Of a DNA stretch of 64,000 nt, positions 26,885 through 39,738 are shown one piece after another (position 1 is the stretch's first letter; each line of letters opens with the position of its first letter). A program made the translations under genes and the position numbers. This DNA is from Octopus sinensis (taxonomy: Eukaryota): the NCBI RefSeq assembly GCF_006345805.1, contig NC_042999.1, forward strand, positions 123,442,001 to 123,506,000. The letters run 5' to 3'. The notes beneath the pieces were generated by a model. It was not told the DNA's origin and did not search any database. It worked only from the letters and a program-made list of their open reading frames with translations.

Positions 26885-28146
26885 CAGGGGTTGGACAAAA
26901 TAATGGAAACACCTTAAAATTTCAAACAAATTGATTTTAATATTGGGTAGGACCACATTTGGCAGTAATTACAGCTTGAATTCTACAAGGTATGAACTTG
27001 TACAAAGTTTGAATTGTTTCCAAAGGAATTTTTGTCCATTCTTCAGCTAAAACAGTCTCCAGTTCTTGTAGTGATGATGGTGGAGGATATCAAATCCTTA
27101 CTTGTTTTTCTAAAATGCACCATAAATGTCCAATAATATTGAAATCTGGGGACTGTGGTGTCCAAATAAGATGTTCAACTTCACTAGAATGTTCCTCGTG
27201 CCATTCAGTAACAACTTTAGCTGTATGAATTGATGTATTATCATCCTGAAAGACTGCGTTTCCCTCCGGAAACAGTTCCGCAACCATAGAATGAATTTGA
27301 TTGGATAAAATGCTTAAATAGTCTTGGCTATTAATTCTGCCATGAAGGGAAACCATTGGGCCAGCAGATTTCCAAGATATAACCCTCCAGATCGTCACAG
27401 ACACTCCTCTATGTTCAACAGTTGGAAGAAGGCAGTTTGGGTCAAATGCTTCTTTTGGCAGACTCTGCATGTATACCCGGCCAGTAGTCAGAAATAAGGT
27501 AAAGGATGACTCATCCAAGAAAATAACATTCTTCCACTGCTCTAGGGACTAATTCTGTAGGTTTTTACTCTGCTCTAAACACTTTACAACGTTTGTTTTT
27601 GAAAGTAGTGGTTTTCTGATTGCAGCCCTCCTGTGAAATCCAGCTTTGTACAGCTCCTGGTAAACAGTTTTTGTGGAAACTGGGTTCTCGAGGTGGTCAT
27701 TAAGCTCTGCAGTAAGTTTGGGAGCTGTACTCTTGTGATCCTTTCTAACAATTCGTGTAAGAGTCGGACGGTCCTTATCTGAGAGTTCTGGTTTTCTTCT
27801 GGAGTTTTTTTTCGATGAGGAGGTTTTTCCCTCTTTCTCAAAGGCTGTCATTACTTTCAAGACAGTACTTCTTGATAAAGCAAATATTTCGGCAGTTTTC
27901 ATTATGCTAGTGCCTGCCAAAAATTTGACCTCTTTGAAAGTCCAATAGATCTATCATTTTAATGAATTTTAATTACCTTTTTCTGATCATATCTGAAGAG
28001 AAACAGCAATTTTAGCAAAACATATTAAGCAACACTAAAAATAAATCAAGAAGCATAAAAATAAACAAGCTTTTGATGGTTTTATAGATATTTCAAACTT
28101 ATGATGCTATGATGCTAGACGTTTCCATTGTTTTGTCCAACCCTTG
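26885..28146 (-). mobile_element. Tc1-like transposon (~1262 bp), decayed
   Basis: TA TSDs at 26883-84 and 28147-48. 26-bp TIRs CAGGGGTTGGACAAAATAATGGAAAC and CAAGGGTTGGACAAAACAATGGAAAC (24/26 identical). Confidence 0.95.
27090..27920 (-). pseudogene. Tc1 (DD34E) transposase pseudogene
   Basis: ORF 27549-27920 gives the HTH region and RKPLLS. ORF 27090-27518 gives DESSF...VFQDDN...WTPQSPDFNIIGHLW, with the catalytic E changed to G. Confidence 0.92.
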
Positions 28147-28255
28147 TATGTACATGTCCAATATTTGGAGTCAATGCATGAGCAGATATGTATTTTTTGT
28201 TTTATTTATGTATTCTCATGCATATACTTGCATATCTAGACATGCACATACATAC

Positions 28256-28773
28256 ATCATCATCATCGTTTAGCGTCCGCTTTCCATGCTAGCATGGGTT
28301 GGATGGGTCAACTGGGGTCTGTGAAGCTGGAAGGCTTCGTCAGGCCCAGTCAGATCTGGCAGTGTTTCTACGGCTGGATGCCCTTCCTAACGCCAACCAC
28401 TCTGCGAGTGTAGTGGGTGTTTTTTACGTGCCACCTGCACAGGTGCCAGACAGAGCTGGCGAACGGCCACAAACGGATGGTGCTTTTACGTGTCACTGGC
28501 ACGGGGCCAGGCGATGCTGGCAACGGACACGAACGGATGGTGCTTTTACGTGCCACCGACACGGGGCCAGACAGAGCTGGCAAACGGCCTCGAACGGACG
28601 GTGCTTTTACGTGTCACCGGCACGGGGGCCAGCCGAGGCTGGCAACGGACGCGAACGGATGGTGCTTTTACGTGCCACCGACACGGTTGCCAGTCAGAGC
28701 TGGCAAACGGCCACGAGCGGACGGTGCTTTTACGTGTCACCAGCACGGGGGCCAGCCGAGGCTGGCAACGGAT
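28256..28773 (-). mobile_element. RTE-LINE 3' UTR fragment with expanded ~55-60 bp tandem repeats
   Basis: Nearly identical to 24545-24900 but with more copies of CGGAYGGTGCTTTTACGTGYCACCGRCACGGGG... Confidence 0.85.
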
Positions 28774-29997
28774 AAACTTCTGAAAGGTTTTATAGATTTT
28801 AGCAGATCCAGTGAAGGCCTGAATCTGTAGTATTTGAATCAGCTTTCTGGTTTTGAGAAGCCTAATTTCTCTAGATTGGTACTTTGGCAGTGTGTTACAT
28901 ATACCAGAGACCCACAGGTATAAATCTGATCTTGTAATCTGGTAAGAGTAACTGTAGATTTCTCAATAGTTCAGTGTAGATATTTTCTTTCTCACTGATC
29001 TTTAGCTTTATATGTTAGCATCTGCTGGGCAGCTGATTTCCACAACTGTAAAAAGTTTCTCTTCTCTGTCCCAAATCACTATGCCTGGAAGGGAGAAGTC
29101 ACAGAGATGTAAAAGTAAAAAATATCCCCAGTCAAGGATACTAGTTTTACCAGTTTCTCAAAAATAGGGGAAGTATCAGACTAAGATAGGTATGTGTAAC
29201 ACAGTTCCATGATTGAATAAATAATATAGTTATAAGTAAGGTCCATTACCAGTTTCAAATGAGACTGTTCAATGATAATCTATAGCAAAGAATAGTGGAA
29301 GTTACCAGTTCCATTTCTGCATAAGGTGACACAAAGTGAGATAAACCGAGATAGACCACAAAACATTGGATAATGAAGCAAACTTCATAATTATGCAGTC
29401 ATTTACATAAAAGTACACACACATATACATATAAGTGTGTTTGTGTGTGTATGTGCATGCATATATATGCATGCATGTATATATATATATATAAATATAT
29501 ACATATATGTGTGTGTATATATATGTATGTGTGTGTATATATGTATGTATGTATGTATATATAAATACATACATATGCATATAAACATGTATATGTATAT
29601 GTTTACATATATGTATATATATATACACCTACACACATATATATATATACGCATAATATTTACATGCACGCATGCATACATACATATATATAACATGAGT
29701 GCAACAAATCTGAGCATGTATTACTAAAACATTACTGGAATTTTCTAAACATATTTTCACATTTTTATTGATTTTTGAGCTGTATGCATAAACACAGTTG
29801 CTTTTGTTAATCAATAAACTGTAAGTATTGATCATTCGAAATTTCAAAAAAAAAAAAAAAGAGAGAGAGAGAGAGAGAGAAAGAAAGATAGTGAAAGAAA
29901 AGAGATCAAACGAAAAACATCTTGTGGTTTTTAATCAAAAACTTTTGGGTTAAAAGGTAACTAACTTTAACAGAATAACATGATGTAAATTACAAAA

Positions 29998-30031
<34 letters not shown>

Positions 30032-30563
30032 GAAAAAGTACTTATAATAGAAGTTGGGTTTGGAACAAATATTTCCAAGAATTTATCTGTATTTTTTCCT
30101 ATTTTCTAATATCAATGAAATCAGAGAAGGTATTCCTACTTTCATTTTGTAGTGGTTTTCCTTATGTTTTTTTTATACCTTTCTTAGTAATTGAAGAACG
30201 AACCACTGTGGAAAGGATAAAATATAATAACTGAATTAATTTTTTTTAATAGTCTGGTTTATGGTTTCAATTCTGGATGTTTACTGGAAATATTTTTAAA
30301 ATTCTGAAGAAAAAAGATAACAAAAATACTAAATACATACCACCATATTCCATATTCTATGTACAAGTATTCAATATAAAAATTATACTGACACCGTGGC
30401 TTGCATATTATAACATGCGCAGACTACACACTGCTTGTCTTACAAATGTAATGAAATTAACTTTTTCATGTAAAGCATCTTAGGAGAAAACTTGATGAAT
30501 ATAAAATGAATTCGTGTCAAGAGCAATAATATAATGAAATATAAAATCAAAATCATAATCAAT

Positions 30564-31025
30564 AACTGGCGTCCGTGCTAATGGGGTGCAAAGAGCACCA
30601 TACGAGTGTGATCGTTGACAGAGCGCCTTACTGGCACTCGAGCCCTGTGCTAGTAGGGTGTTAAGAGCACCATCCGAGTGATTGTTGCCAGAGCGGCTAT
30701 CTGGCGTCTGTGCCAGTGGCACATAAAAGACATCATTCGAGTGTGATCGTTACCAACATTGCCTTACTGGAACCTGTGCTGGTGGCATGTGTAAAAGATT
30801 CAAGCGAGGTCGTTGCCAGTACCGCCTGACTGGCCTCGTGCTGGTGGCACGTTAAAGTACCCACTATACTCTGAGAGTTGTTGGCATTAGGAAGGGCATC
30901 CAGCTGTAGAAACTCTGCCAGATCAAGATTGAAACCTGGTGCAGCCATCTTGTTCGCCAGCCCTCAGTTAAATCGTCCAACCCATGCTAGCATGGAAAGC
31001 AGACGTTAAACGATGATGATGATGA
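30564..31025 (+). mobile_element. RTE-LINE 3' UTR fragment
   Basis: Ends GGAAGGGCATCCAGCTGTAGAAAC...CCAACCCATGCTAGCATGGAAAGCAGACGTTAAACGATGATGATGATGAT. Confidence 0.88.
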
Positions 31026-31996
31026 TAAAAATAGTTAAAACAAAAGAACACTAGAAGATAGTCAGTGTAAGCATGTTATCTTTAAGATAGCAGTTTTACT
31101 TTATTCTATATCATTGTATCATATATTCCTATAGTGTATATGCATGCATGTGGGACAAATGCTGGTAAGGCATGCAACATTAAGTAAGCCCAAATGTCAC
31201 CGGCGGAAAACATAAAATAAGGCTACAAGATGAAATGCAACTATGTCAAAAAACATACATTTATATAGCAATGAAAAAACACTGCCTAAATACTGCCATT
31301 AAATTTTAATACATAAAAATATAAATGTGCACACACACACACTTTGATGCATTTTAATACAGTTAGTATTTGTTACTAAGCACAATATCATTATAAACAG
31401 TGTTATCCTATCTACAATTATGTGTAGTGAGAAATTAAGGCCATCTAATGTACGTTATTGTCACCCTTTTGATGAAAACTGAACAAAAGAAGTGTATTGT
31501 TTGTTTATATATGACATGTAGTTATATGATGAAATATTGTTACATACAAAATGGAAGTGAAGCAACCCAATATGTAGATATTTAATAACAATGTAATCTT
31601 ACTATTACTTATTTTGAAAAGAAAAATACTAAAAGTATAATTACTGTTGTTAAAGCAATGAAAGCATGCAACAGTTGAAAATGAAAATGTAAAGCAAACA
31701 GTTTAAGATGAAATATTACAAAACTGTTATTAACAGAATGTGCATTTAAATATTGAAAACACAATGATGAATGAATGAAACCTATTAACTGGAAAACAAA
31801 AGACAATGAAGCATAAGCTGTAACATATGAGAAAATCCTACTACTGAAAAGGTTTCAACATAAAATGTTATCAACAACTGAAAAGAGGCTTAAACAAAAT
31901 ATCATTAATATCAAGGAAGCAGGAAGAAAACACATTATTAATGATAATAAATGTGTAAAAAAAAGCAATGGGAATTTTTGAATGGCTTATATCACA

Positions 31997-32215
31997 CTAT
32001 TGTATAGCCGTTGTCCATGCTGGCATGCTGGAAGACTGCACCAGACTCCAGTCTTATTTGGCATGGTTTTCTACGGATGGATACCAATCTTTATGCCAAC
32101 CACTCCAGGAGTGTGCTGGGTGCTTTTTATGTGCCACCAGCATGGGTATCATTTGCATGACACTGGTATCTGCTACAACTGTGATTTTGCTCGGCTTGAA
32201 TTGTTCTTCTTCTCA
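31997..32215 (-). mobile_element. Degenerate RTE 3' UTR fragment
   Basis: TCCATGCTGGCATG...TTTCTACGGATGGATACC...ATGCCAACCACTCCAGGAGTGTG matches the same family. Confidence 0.6.
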
Positions 32216-32294
32216 AGTATGACATAATCCCAAAGGTTTGGTCATTGCCTCCATGAGACCCAACACTTGAAAGGAACTTAGCCACTTTGCCTCC

Positions 32295-32343
<49 letters not shown>

Positions 32344-32352
32344 TATATAACA

Positions 32353-32843
32353 TACATGTAAGAGGAATGACCACTAGGTGGACTCCTAATATGCTAAATG
32401 TAGACCCCATATGGTCTGATCACTATGAAAAATAATGTTTTTTAATCGGCAAGCTTCAATGCAGAAAATTATTTTCTGCAGAGTCATTTTCAGCTTTGGT
32501 GTGCCAAAACAAAGACATTTGAAATATATCACCAAATATAATTGATAGAACTGTATGCATGTTCTCTCTCCGAAGGAGGTTTCATGCATAGTTCTGAAAA
32601 TTATATTTTTTATGACGGTCACACCATGAGGATTTGTAGACATTTAAGTAATGTAAATGGTAACAATGAAACCATGGTATGTGACTAATCATTATATTTT
32701 CTATCTTTCCATTTGTCTTGTTCGCTTTACATTCTGGCATTTGCCGAATTTTCTTGAGAACAATTGTTCTTAGTGGCCAGACCATAAGGGATCTACATTT
32801 AGCATATTAGGAGTCCACCTAGTGATCATTCCTTTTACATGTA
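32353..32843. mobile_element. MITE (~490 bp) with ~80-bp terminal inverted repeats
   Basis: Left TACATGTAAGAGGAATGACCACTAGGTGGACTCCTAATATGCTAAATGTAGACCCCATATGGTCTG matches the reverse complement of 32761-32843 at ~90%. Non-coding interior. TA-type ends. Confidence 0.9.
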
Positions 32844-32944
32844 TGTAATATAATTTTCTGAATCTTCAGATTTTTTCACTATGCTAGGCCACTGGTTTAA
32901 ATTGATATTAATTTAATTAATATCAATTTTTACCCTTATTATTT

Positions 32945-32989
<45 letters not shown>

Positions 32990-33000
32990 TATATATATAT

Positions 33001-33280
33001 GGTGTTCATTTGATTCAATCACCAGAACAGCCAGCTTGTGAAATTAACATACAAGTGGTTGAGCATTCCATAAATTAATATAGTTTTCAGGGAGATTCAG
33101 CGAGACACAGAATATGACAAGGCTGGCCCTTTGAAATACAGATACTACCCATTTTTGCCAGCTGAGTGAACTGGAGCAATGTGAAATAAAGTGTCTTGCT
33201 CAAGGAAACAACATGTAGCTGGGAATTTAACTCATAACCTTAAGATTATGAGCCAAATACCCTAACCACTAAAGCCACTC
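33001..33280 (-). mobile_element. tRNA-derived SINE (family E); an inverted 3' half-copy lies at 33340-33462(+)
   Basis: Reverse complement GTGGCTTTAGTGGTTAGGG...GAGTTAAATTCCC...CCTTGAGCAAGACACTTTATTTCAC. The 3' part recurs in the opposite orientation at 33372-33445. Confidence 0.75.
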
Positions 33281-33461
33281 ATTTGGCAAAATGAATAGTG
33301 CCTGTATTTTAAAGGGCCATGCTGTGTCTTGATGAATCTCCCTGCGAACTATGTTAATGGTACATGTGTTAGTGGAGTGCTCAGTCACTTGCACATTAAT
33401 TTCATGAGCAGGCTGTTCCACTGATCGGATCAACTGGAACCCTTGTCATAATAACAGAGTG

Positions 33462-33464
<3 letters not shown>

Positions 33465-33500
<36 letters not shown>

Positions 33501-33836
33501 CATATATATACATATATACATACATATATACATACATACACATATATATATGCATACATATATACATACATACACACACATATACATACATATATATACA
33601 TACATACATACATACATACATACATACACATACATATACATACATACATATATATACATACATACATACACATATATATACATACATACATACATATACA
33701 TACATACATATACATACATATATATACATACATACACGTACATATATATATACATACATTCGTTCATACATATACTTATATACATACATACATATATACA
33801 CATACATACACACACACACACACATATATATATATA
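33465..33836. repeat. Compound (TA)/(TACA)n microsatellite
   Basis: Direct inspection. Similar tracts lie at ~21990-22190, 29420-29690, 37420-37660 and 55480-55880. Confidence 0.95.
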
Positions 33837-34643
33837 GAAAACACTGTTATTTTATTTCACACAGGTAGAAATATAGGAAAAATAGAAGTTGAAAATGCAT
33901 TGAAAATAGTTAAAATATTTTTTATTAACATATTTAATGCTTTAACTGGTTTCAGAGTTTACACTGATTCTCAAAGTTCAAATATAAAGACATGACTTAT
34001 GCCACAGATGTTTTGCTTCTGACTAGTGTTTGAAGCTTGCCCTATTTTTATAGGGAGTTCATAGCTCAAATTAGTTTATGTTTTGAATAGGATTTGATTG
34101 ATAGAGGATAGTCACATGACTGGTCTTAGAATTTTTGTAGGCTCCTGGCTACCACCGTGTGTTAGTATCAAATGACAATGCTTAGTGTCATAAGGATGAC
34201 ACGGTTGACTGAACATGTCCAAAAAAAATCAATGCTCTGAATGTTTTCTGTCAAGTGTTTGTAGAGAATGAACACATGATTAAGTTTATAACCTTTTGTA
34301 CGTTTCTCACTATGTTCATGCATTAGTGTCATGTGACAGTATATTTTGCACCTAAAAAGGTCAACACGGTTGAGGGAACATGTTTAGTTATAATCAAGGC
34401 ACTTCAAATTTAATTTGTCTTATGCGAGAGTGACAGGAGTCGTTTGTATGTAGTTCAGTGGCAAAAGTTTAGGTTGTTAGCTGTGTAGCTTCCTCATGAT
34501 AAGTAGCAGAATAAATTTTGTGTGTGAATAGTTATTTGTGTATGTACTCTGTTAATGTTTGTAATTTTGCATGAAAGTAGTTTTGTTTGGTTTATCCATG
34601 CTTCATCTGTGGTATTTGCAGAACATAGGTAGAGTGGAAAGAC

Positions 34644-35396
34644 CTAGAATTTAAGAGACTTATGTTTTGCACATATGTCTATGTGTCCACTCGGTGGAAT
34701 CTGTCTAGTACTGGGGTCTTGTATTTGTTGTCGGTGAATGATCAGTCTATTTCTAAGAGTAAGTTTTGTTTGACCTATATAATCTTCATCACATCCTTGA
34801 TATTTGATAGTGTATATTAAATTCCTTGAAGAATATGTAAAGAGATTTTTTACAGTAAAAGTCTGTCCTGATTTGAATTTGTATGTTGTGTCTTCAAAAA
34901 GGTTGATGTTGGTCGGACAATTGGGGCAGCCACACATTTTGACTGTTGGTGTAAGAATTATGGAAGGTAATTTAGCACTTTTGAGGGACTTTGATTGTCT
35001 TTTACTTTTCATTATTTTGTGTATTTCGAGTGCTTGTTTCATTCTTGGATCTTGTTTTAGTAGTAGGATGCTCTGGTGGATAATATTGTAAACCTCTGTG
35101 TTTCTTGGGTTGTGTGTTGTAACAAAGGGTAGAGCATTGGATGTATCTGGAATGTTTTTCGCTTTTCCTAGTTCTTCAATATTTAATGCTTTGGCACATT
35201 CTATTCCATTGTCTATTATCATTAATGGATATTATCTTTTAAGTAGGACTTGTTTTAGTTCCTAGATTCTTTTATTGGGAGTTTTAGAGTTTGAGACAAT
35301 TGTGCAGATTCTTCTTGCTAGATTAAAGGGGATATTATTCTTTATGTGTCTGGAATGGTATAAGGAGAACAGTAAGTATTGTTTAGAATCTGTCTA
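34644..35396 (-). pseudogene. Penelope RT C-terminal/thumb region plus GIY-YIG endonuclease
   Basis: In frame: TDSKQYLLFSLYHSRHIKNNIPFNLARRICTIVSN...*...YPLMIIDNGI...FVTTHNP...NLIYTIKYQGCDEDYIGQTKLTLRNRLIIHRQQI (GIY-YIG signature). Confidence 0.9.
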
Positions 35397-35402
35397 TTTA
35401 AA

Positions 35403-35441
35403 CTTTTTGAAAATCAGTGTAAACTGTGAAACCAGTTAAAG
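35403..35441 (+). ncRNA. Minimal type I hammerhead-like motif (U3-A8 variant) in the inverted Penelope terminus; second copy at ~33938-33977(-)
   Basis: CTTT-TTGAAAA-T-CAGT-GTAA-ACTG-T-GAAA-CCAG-T-T-AAAG: stem I CTTT/AAAG, stem II with a GNRA loop, and GAAA...UH. Confidence 0.5.
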
Positions 35442-35464
35442 CTTTAAATATATTTATTTCTCTA

Positions 35465-35686
35465 TTGTCCACAAGGGGCTAAACACAGGAGGAACAAAAC
35501 AAGGACAGACAAAGGGATTAAGTTGATTACATCGACTCCAGTGCATAACTGGTACTTATTTAATCGACCCCAAAAGGATGAAAAGAAAGGTCAACCGCAG
35601 CAGAATTTGAACTCAGAAAGTAAAGATGGGCAAAATACCACTAAGTATTTCACCCAGCATGCTAATGATTCTGCCAGCTCGCTGCT
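35465..35686 (-). mobile_element. SINE family A inserted into the Penelope inverted arm
   Basis: ...GAATTTGAACTCAGAA...GCATGCTAATGATTCTGCCAGCTCGCTGC. The flanks rejoin as one continuous Penelope arm. Confidence 0.9.
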
Positions 35687-35741
35687 ATATTAAAAAATAT
35701 TTTAACTATTCTCAGTGAATTTTCAACTTCTATTTTTCCTA

Positions 35742-35886
35742 GGTGCAGGAGTGGTTGTGTGATAAGAAGCTTGCTTCCCAACCACATGGTTCCGGGTTCA
35801 GTCCCACTAGTGTCTTCTACTATAGCCTCAGGCTGACCAAAGACTTGTGAGTGAATTTGGTAGATGGAAACTAAAAGAAGCCCATC

Positions 35887-35931
<45 letters not shown>

Positions 35932-36135
35932 TATATCTATATGTATTTGTCCCCACACCACCAATACTTAACACCAATGCTGGTATGTTTACGTCCCTGT
36001 AACTTAGTGGTTCAGCAAAAGAGGCAATAGAATAGTACTAGGCTTACAAAAAATAAGTCCTGGGGTCGATTTGTTCAACTAAAAGAGGTGCTCCAGCATT
36101 GCAGCAGTCAAAATGACTGAATCAAGTAAAAGAGT
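35742..36135 (+). mobile_element. SINE family B
   Basis: Same head, core and tail as 25465-25922. Confidence 0.9.
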
Positions 36136-36779
36136 ACACACACACACACACACACACAAAATAATATTATTATGGAAGCAACACAGGCGAAGTTTAAAAG
36201 AACATAATTGAAATACACATCCAAAACTTATATAAATACATATATTCTCTATAAAATGGAAATAAAATTCCAAAATACACAAATATATATAAATAGACAA
36301 TATCAACACAAAGCATAAAACACAATTGAATTTAAGAAAATATCGTTTATAATTACATTTAAAATTGTACATTGTATGATGAAATTAAAATTTTAACTTG
36401 AAAGGATAATGTATTAAAACCAATGAAAGAAAAAAAAAGAAAATATATAAACATCGCCTCTACGGGCCATTTTAGAGATGTGCCAAGGAATATGACATAT
36501 TTCATTATTAATCAAGGCACCCTCATCAGGATGTTACACTAAATTCATAAATACATCTACATACCAAGGCCGGTCCACCATCAGCGGCAGTGTCATAGGT
36601 TTTAGATGCTTATTTCAATTATGTTCTTTTAGACTTTGCCTTTGTTGCCTCCATAATAATATTATTTTGAATATGGCTCAAACCAAGCACTACACTACTG
36701 TATTAATGTGAGTTATTGTTAACAACAAGCTCTAATTAAACTATATATTTTATTTGTCACCTTACTGGCTCTTATGCTA

Positions 36780-37120
36780 CCTGCGTCGCCTTACTGGCAC
36801 TTGTGCTGGTGGCACATGAAAAACATTCTAGCGAGGTCATTGCCAGTGCTGCTGGACTGGCTCCTGTGCAGGTGACACATAAAAGGCATCATTTGAGTGT
36901 GGCCACTGCCAGTACTGCTTGACTGACCCTCGTGCCAGTGGCATGTAAAAGCACCCACTACACTCTCGGAGTGGTTGGCATTAGGGAGGGCATCCAGCTG
37001 TAGAAACTCTGCCAGATGAGATTGGAGTCTGGTCAGCCATCTGGTTCACTAGACCTCAGTCAAATCGTCCAACACAAGCTAGCATGGAAAGCGGACGTTA
37101 AACGATGATGATGATGATGA
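36780..37120 (+). mobile_element. RTE-LINE 3' UTR fragment
   Basis: Ends GCTAGCATGGAAAGCGGACGTTAAACGATGATGATG. Confidence 0.88.
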
Positions 37121-37132
37121 GGATATATATAT

Positions 37133-37412
37133 CCGATGGACTCTCCCACCAAAGAGACAATGTGCGAGTGTTCAGCTTTTGCCAAACAACCTGCGCAAAT
37201 GATTTGTTTACAGTGGTCAAATGTATATGCTGCACATTAGCACACTCCCTTTATCAAACTGACTTTGCAGAGTGCACCACATGTCAAATGCTGAAGTGAT
37301 CTCTAAGCTACATGAGATGAAATGTTTTACTCAAGAACACAACACACCGCCTGGTCTAGGAATTGAAACCATGATATTACAATCATGAGTGCAACACCCT
37401 AACCACTAGGTC
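37133..37412 (-). mobile_element. tRNA-derived SINE (family F); body-only copy at 39236-39362
   Basis: Head reverse complement (AACACCCTAACCACTAGG, GGAATTGAAACC). The body GGACTCTCCCACCAAAGAGACAATG...CAAACAACCTGC is repeated at 39240. Confidence 0.7.
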
Positions 37413-37491
37413 AGGCAATATATATGTGTGTGTGTGTGTGTGTGTATAGTATATATGTATATATATCTATCTATATATATTATATACACAC

Positions 37492-37536
<45 letters not shown>

Positions 37537-38441
37537 GCTCATATACATATATATACGTATATATATGTATATATACACATACATATATATATCAATACAC
37601 ACTCACACAAATATGTATACATAATTACATACATATATAATTATATATATACATACATACAAACACACAAAATACACCAGTGCAGAGATACAGATGTTAT
37701 TGTAGTTTATTCTGTTTATCTACTCTGTCTAGAGTACTAATTACAAAATTGTCTCTAATGACCATGTTGACATCTTGTCATCCAAAGGGTAATTGTTACT
37801 ATGTGGAAAGAATAATAGGTGATGTAGTTACATCTCTCTTTGGCAGAGATATTTTCTTCAAAATATGTTTGTTTTTTAGAATGGCTCTGTATTGAAATAA
37901 GTTATGAATAACACTCTTATGATTCTATTACAATTCTATCCCAGCCATTCTGTGCATCTACTTCTTTATTAGATCTAGGTTTATATTGACACAGATGCAC
38001 TTCTGGTTACTTTTTTATACCCTATCTTCAAGATGTCAGATATTTGGAAATCTCTCCTTTTTTTTATGATTATCTTCTAGCTCTGTAAATCTGTCATATA
38101 ATATTCTAACCCATTTATAGATTTAACTTCTTTGGGTACCATTTAAGCCTTTCTTTTACTTTTTATGTGACAGCTTTACTATGTTATTCCATTATAATAA
38201 TTGCCTGGTACACAGCAACAGGTTTGGTCCATAGCTTGAACTTTTGTATTTTGAAAGAATACAACAAAACACCAACAACCACGAGTTTTTGCGATAATGG
38301 TTCACATCAGTAAAAAAATCAATTGCATGAAGTTCATAAAATGGAAGGCCTTGATCAAATTGTCATAATTCTCTTCTCATTAAGAAACAAAAATTTATTC
38401 CATTTGGTGAATTCTATGGCTTAAGAATACCTAGAAGTCTT

Positions 38442-39062
38442 ATGGCTGTCTGGTTAAGAAGTTCGCTTTGCAACCACATGGTTTTAGGTTCATTTCCACA
38501 ATGAATACATTCACAAATAACTTCTACTGAGAACCCTGTCTGACCAATGCCTCATGAGTGCAGTTTTGGTGACAAAAACTGCAGAGGCCTATGTTGTACA
38601 TACATGTAGTTGTTGTTGTTGTTGTTAACCAACAAGACGAGTAAGGGTGATTAGGTCATGGTCTAGATCTCAGGGGCAGGAAACCCCAGACCTTGGAAAA
38701 AAAACTGGTCATCTTGTAGTCGAGGGTTCTTCATTGACGCCTGACGCCACTGGAAGGTGGCCCTCGAAGTCACTGGAAATGGAGATCTCCAGGTCCAAAT
38801 TCTTGAACGGCTACATACATGTATGCATGAGTATGTGTGTGTGTGTGTACACATCTGTGTATGTCTTTGTGTTCATCCACCCTGCCACCACTTGACAACC
38901 AGCGTTGTGTTGTTTATAGCCATGTAACTTGGTAGTTCAAAAGACCTGAGACAATAAGTACTGGACTTGAAATAAAATTAAGTGCTGGGAATGATTTGCT
39001 GGATTAAACCCTACAAGGTAGTACTCCAGCATGGCTTCCACTAACTAAAACAAATAAAAGAA
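38442..39062 (+). mobile_element. Degenerate SINE B carrying a ~210-bp nested insert (38607-38815) with a minus-strand (AAC)n tail
   Basis: SINE B head at 38442 and tail at 38860-39062. The GC-rich insert starts at (GTT)n. Confidence 0.65.
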
Positions 39063-39534
39063 TAAATGAATCTATATATGCATTGTGCAATATTTTATTT
39101 GAAGCTCTTCATTATTTATGAAGCCTTTAAATTTTTTACTCCTAAGCATTCTCAGCTATCCCTTCCAGAGGTTTGTTCAGTCAGGCTTGCTCTAAAGTAA
39201 GCAATGAATGATGATGATGATGATATATATATATCCAATGGACTCTCCCACCAAAGAGACAATGTATGAGCGTTCAGCTTCTGCCAAACAACCTGCACAG
39301 ATGATTTGTTTATAGTGGTCAAATATATATGCTGTACATTAGCTCACTCCTTTTATCAAATTGACAAGCAATGAATCAAATCTTCAGATCAACTCCCCTT
39401 CTCTGACATTTTAAGGAAAGAAAGACATCTCGGATAATGTAGTCTTCAATACACTTCGCTTGAAAAAGAAAGATGGGAATCTGTGTGTGGTCATAAAACC
39501 AACATAATAAAGTATTAACCTAGGGTAGCAGAAG

Positions 39535-39738
39535 GCATCAAGCTGGCAGAATCATTAGCATGCTGGGCAAAATGTTTAGTGGCATTTTGTCAGTCTTTAC
39601 ATTCTGAGTTCAAATTCCATGGAGATTGATTTAGCCTTTCATTGGTCGATAAAATAATTACTAGTTGAACACTGGGGTGATGTAATCACCTTATCCTCTC
39701 CCACAAAATTGCTGGCCTTGTGCCAAAATTTGAAACCA
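39535..39738 (+). mobile_element. SINE family A
   Basis: AGCTGGCAGAATCATTAGCATGC...TCTGAGTTCAAATTCC...AAAATTTGAAACC. Confidence 0.85.

Larger units (their letters stand above)
33837..35742 (-). mobile_element. 5'-truncated Penelope-like element with an inverted 5' terminal copy
   Basis: RT C-terminus and GIY-YIG ORF on minus. The 3' terminal segment 33868-33980 recurs inverted at 35404-35462 plus 35687-35742, split by a SINE A insertion. Confidence 0.88.
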
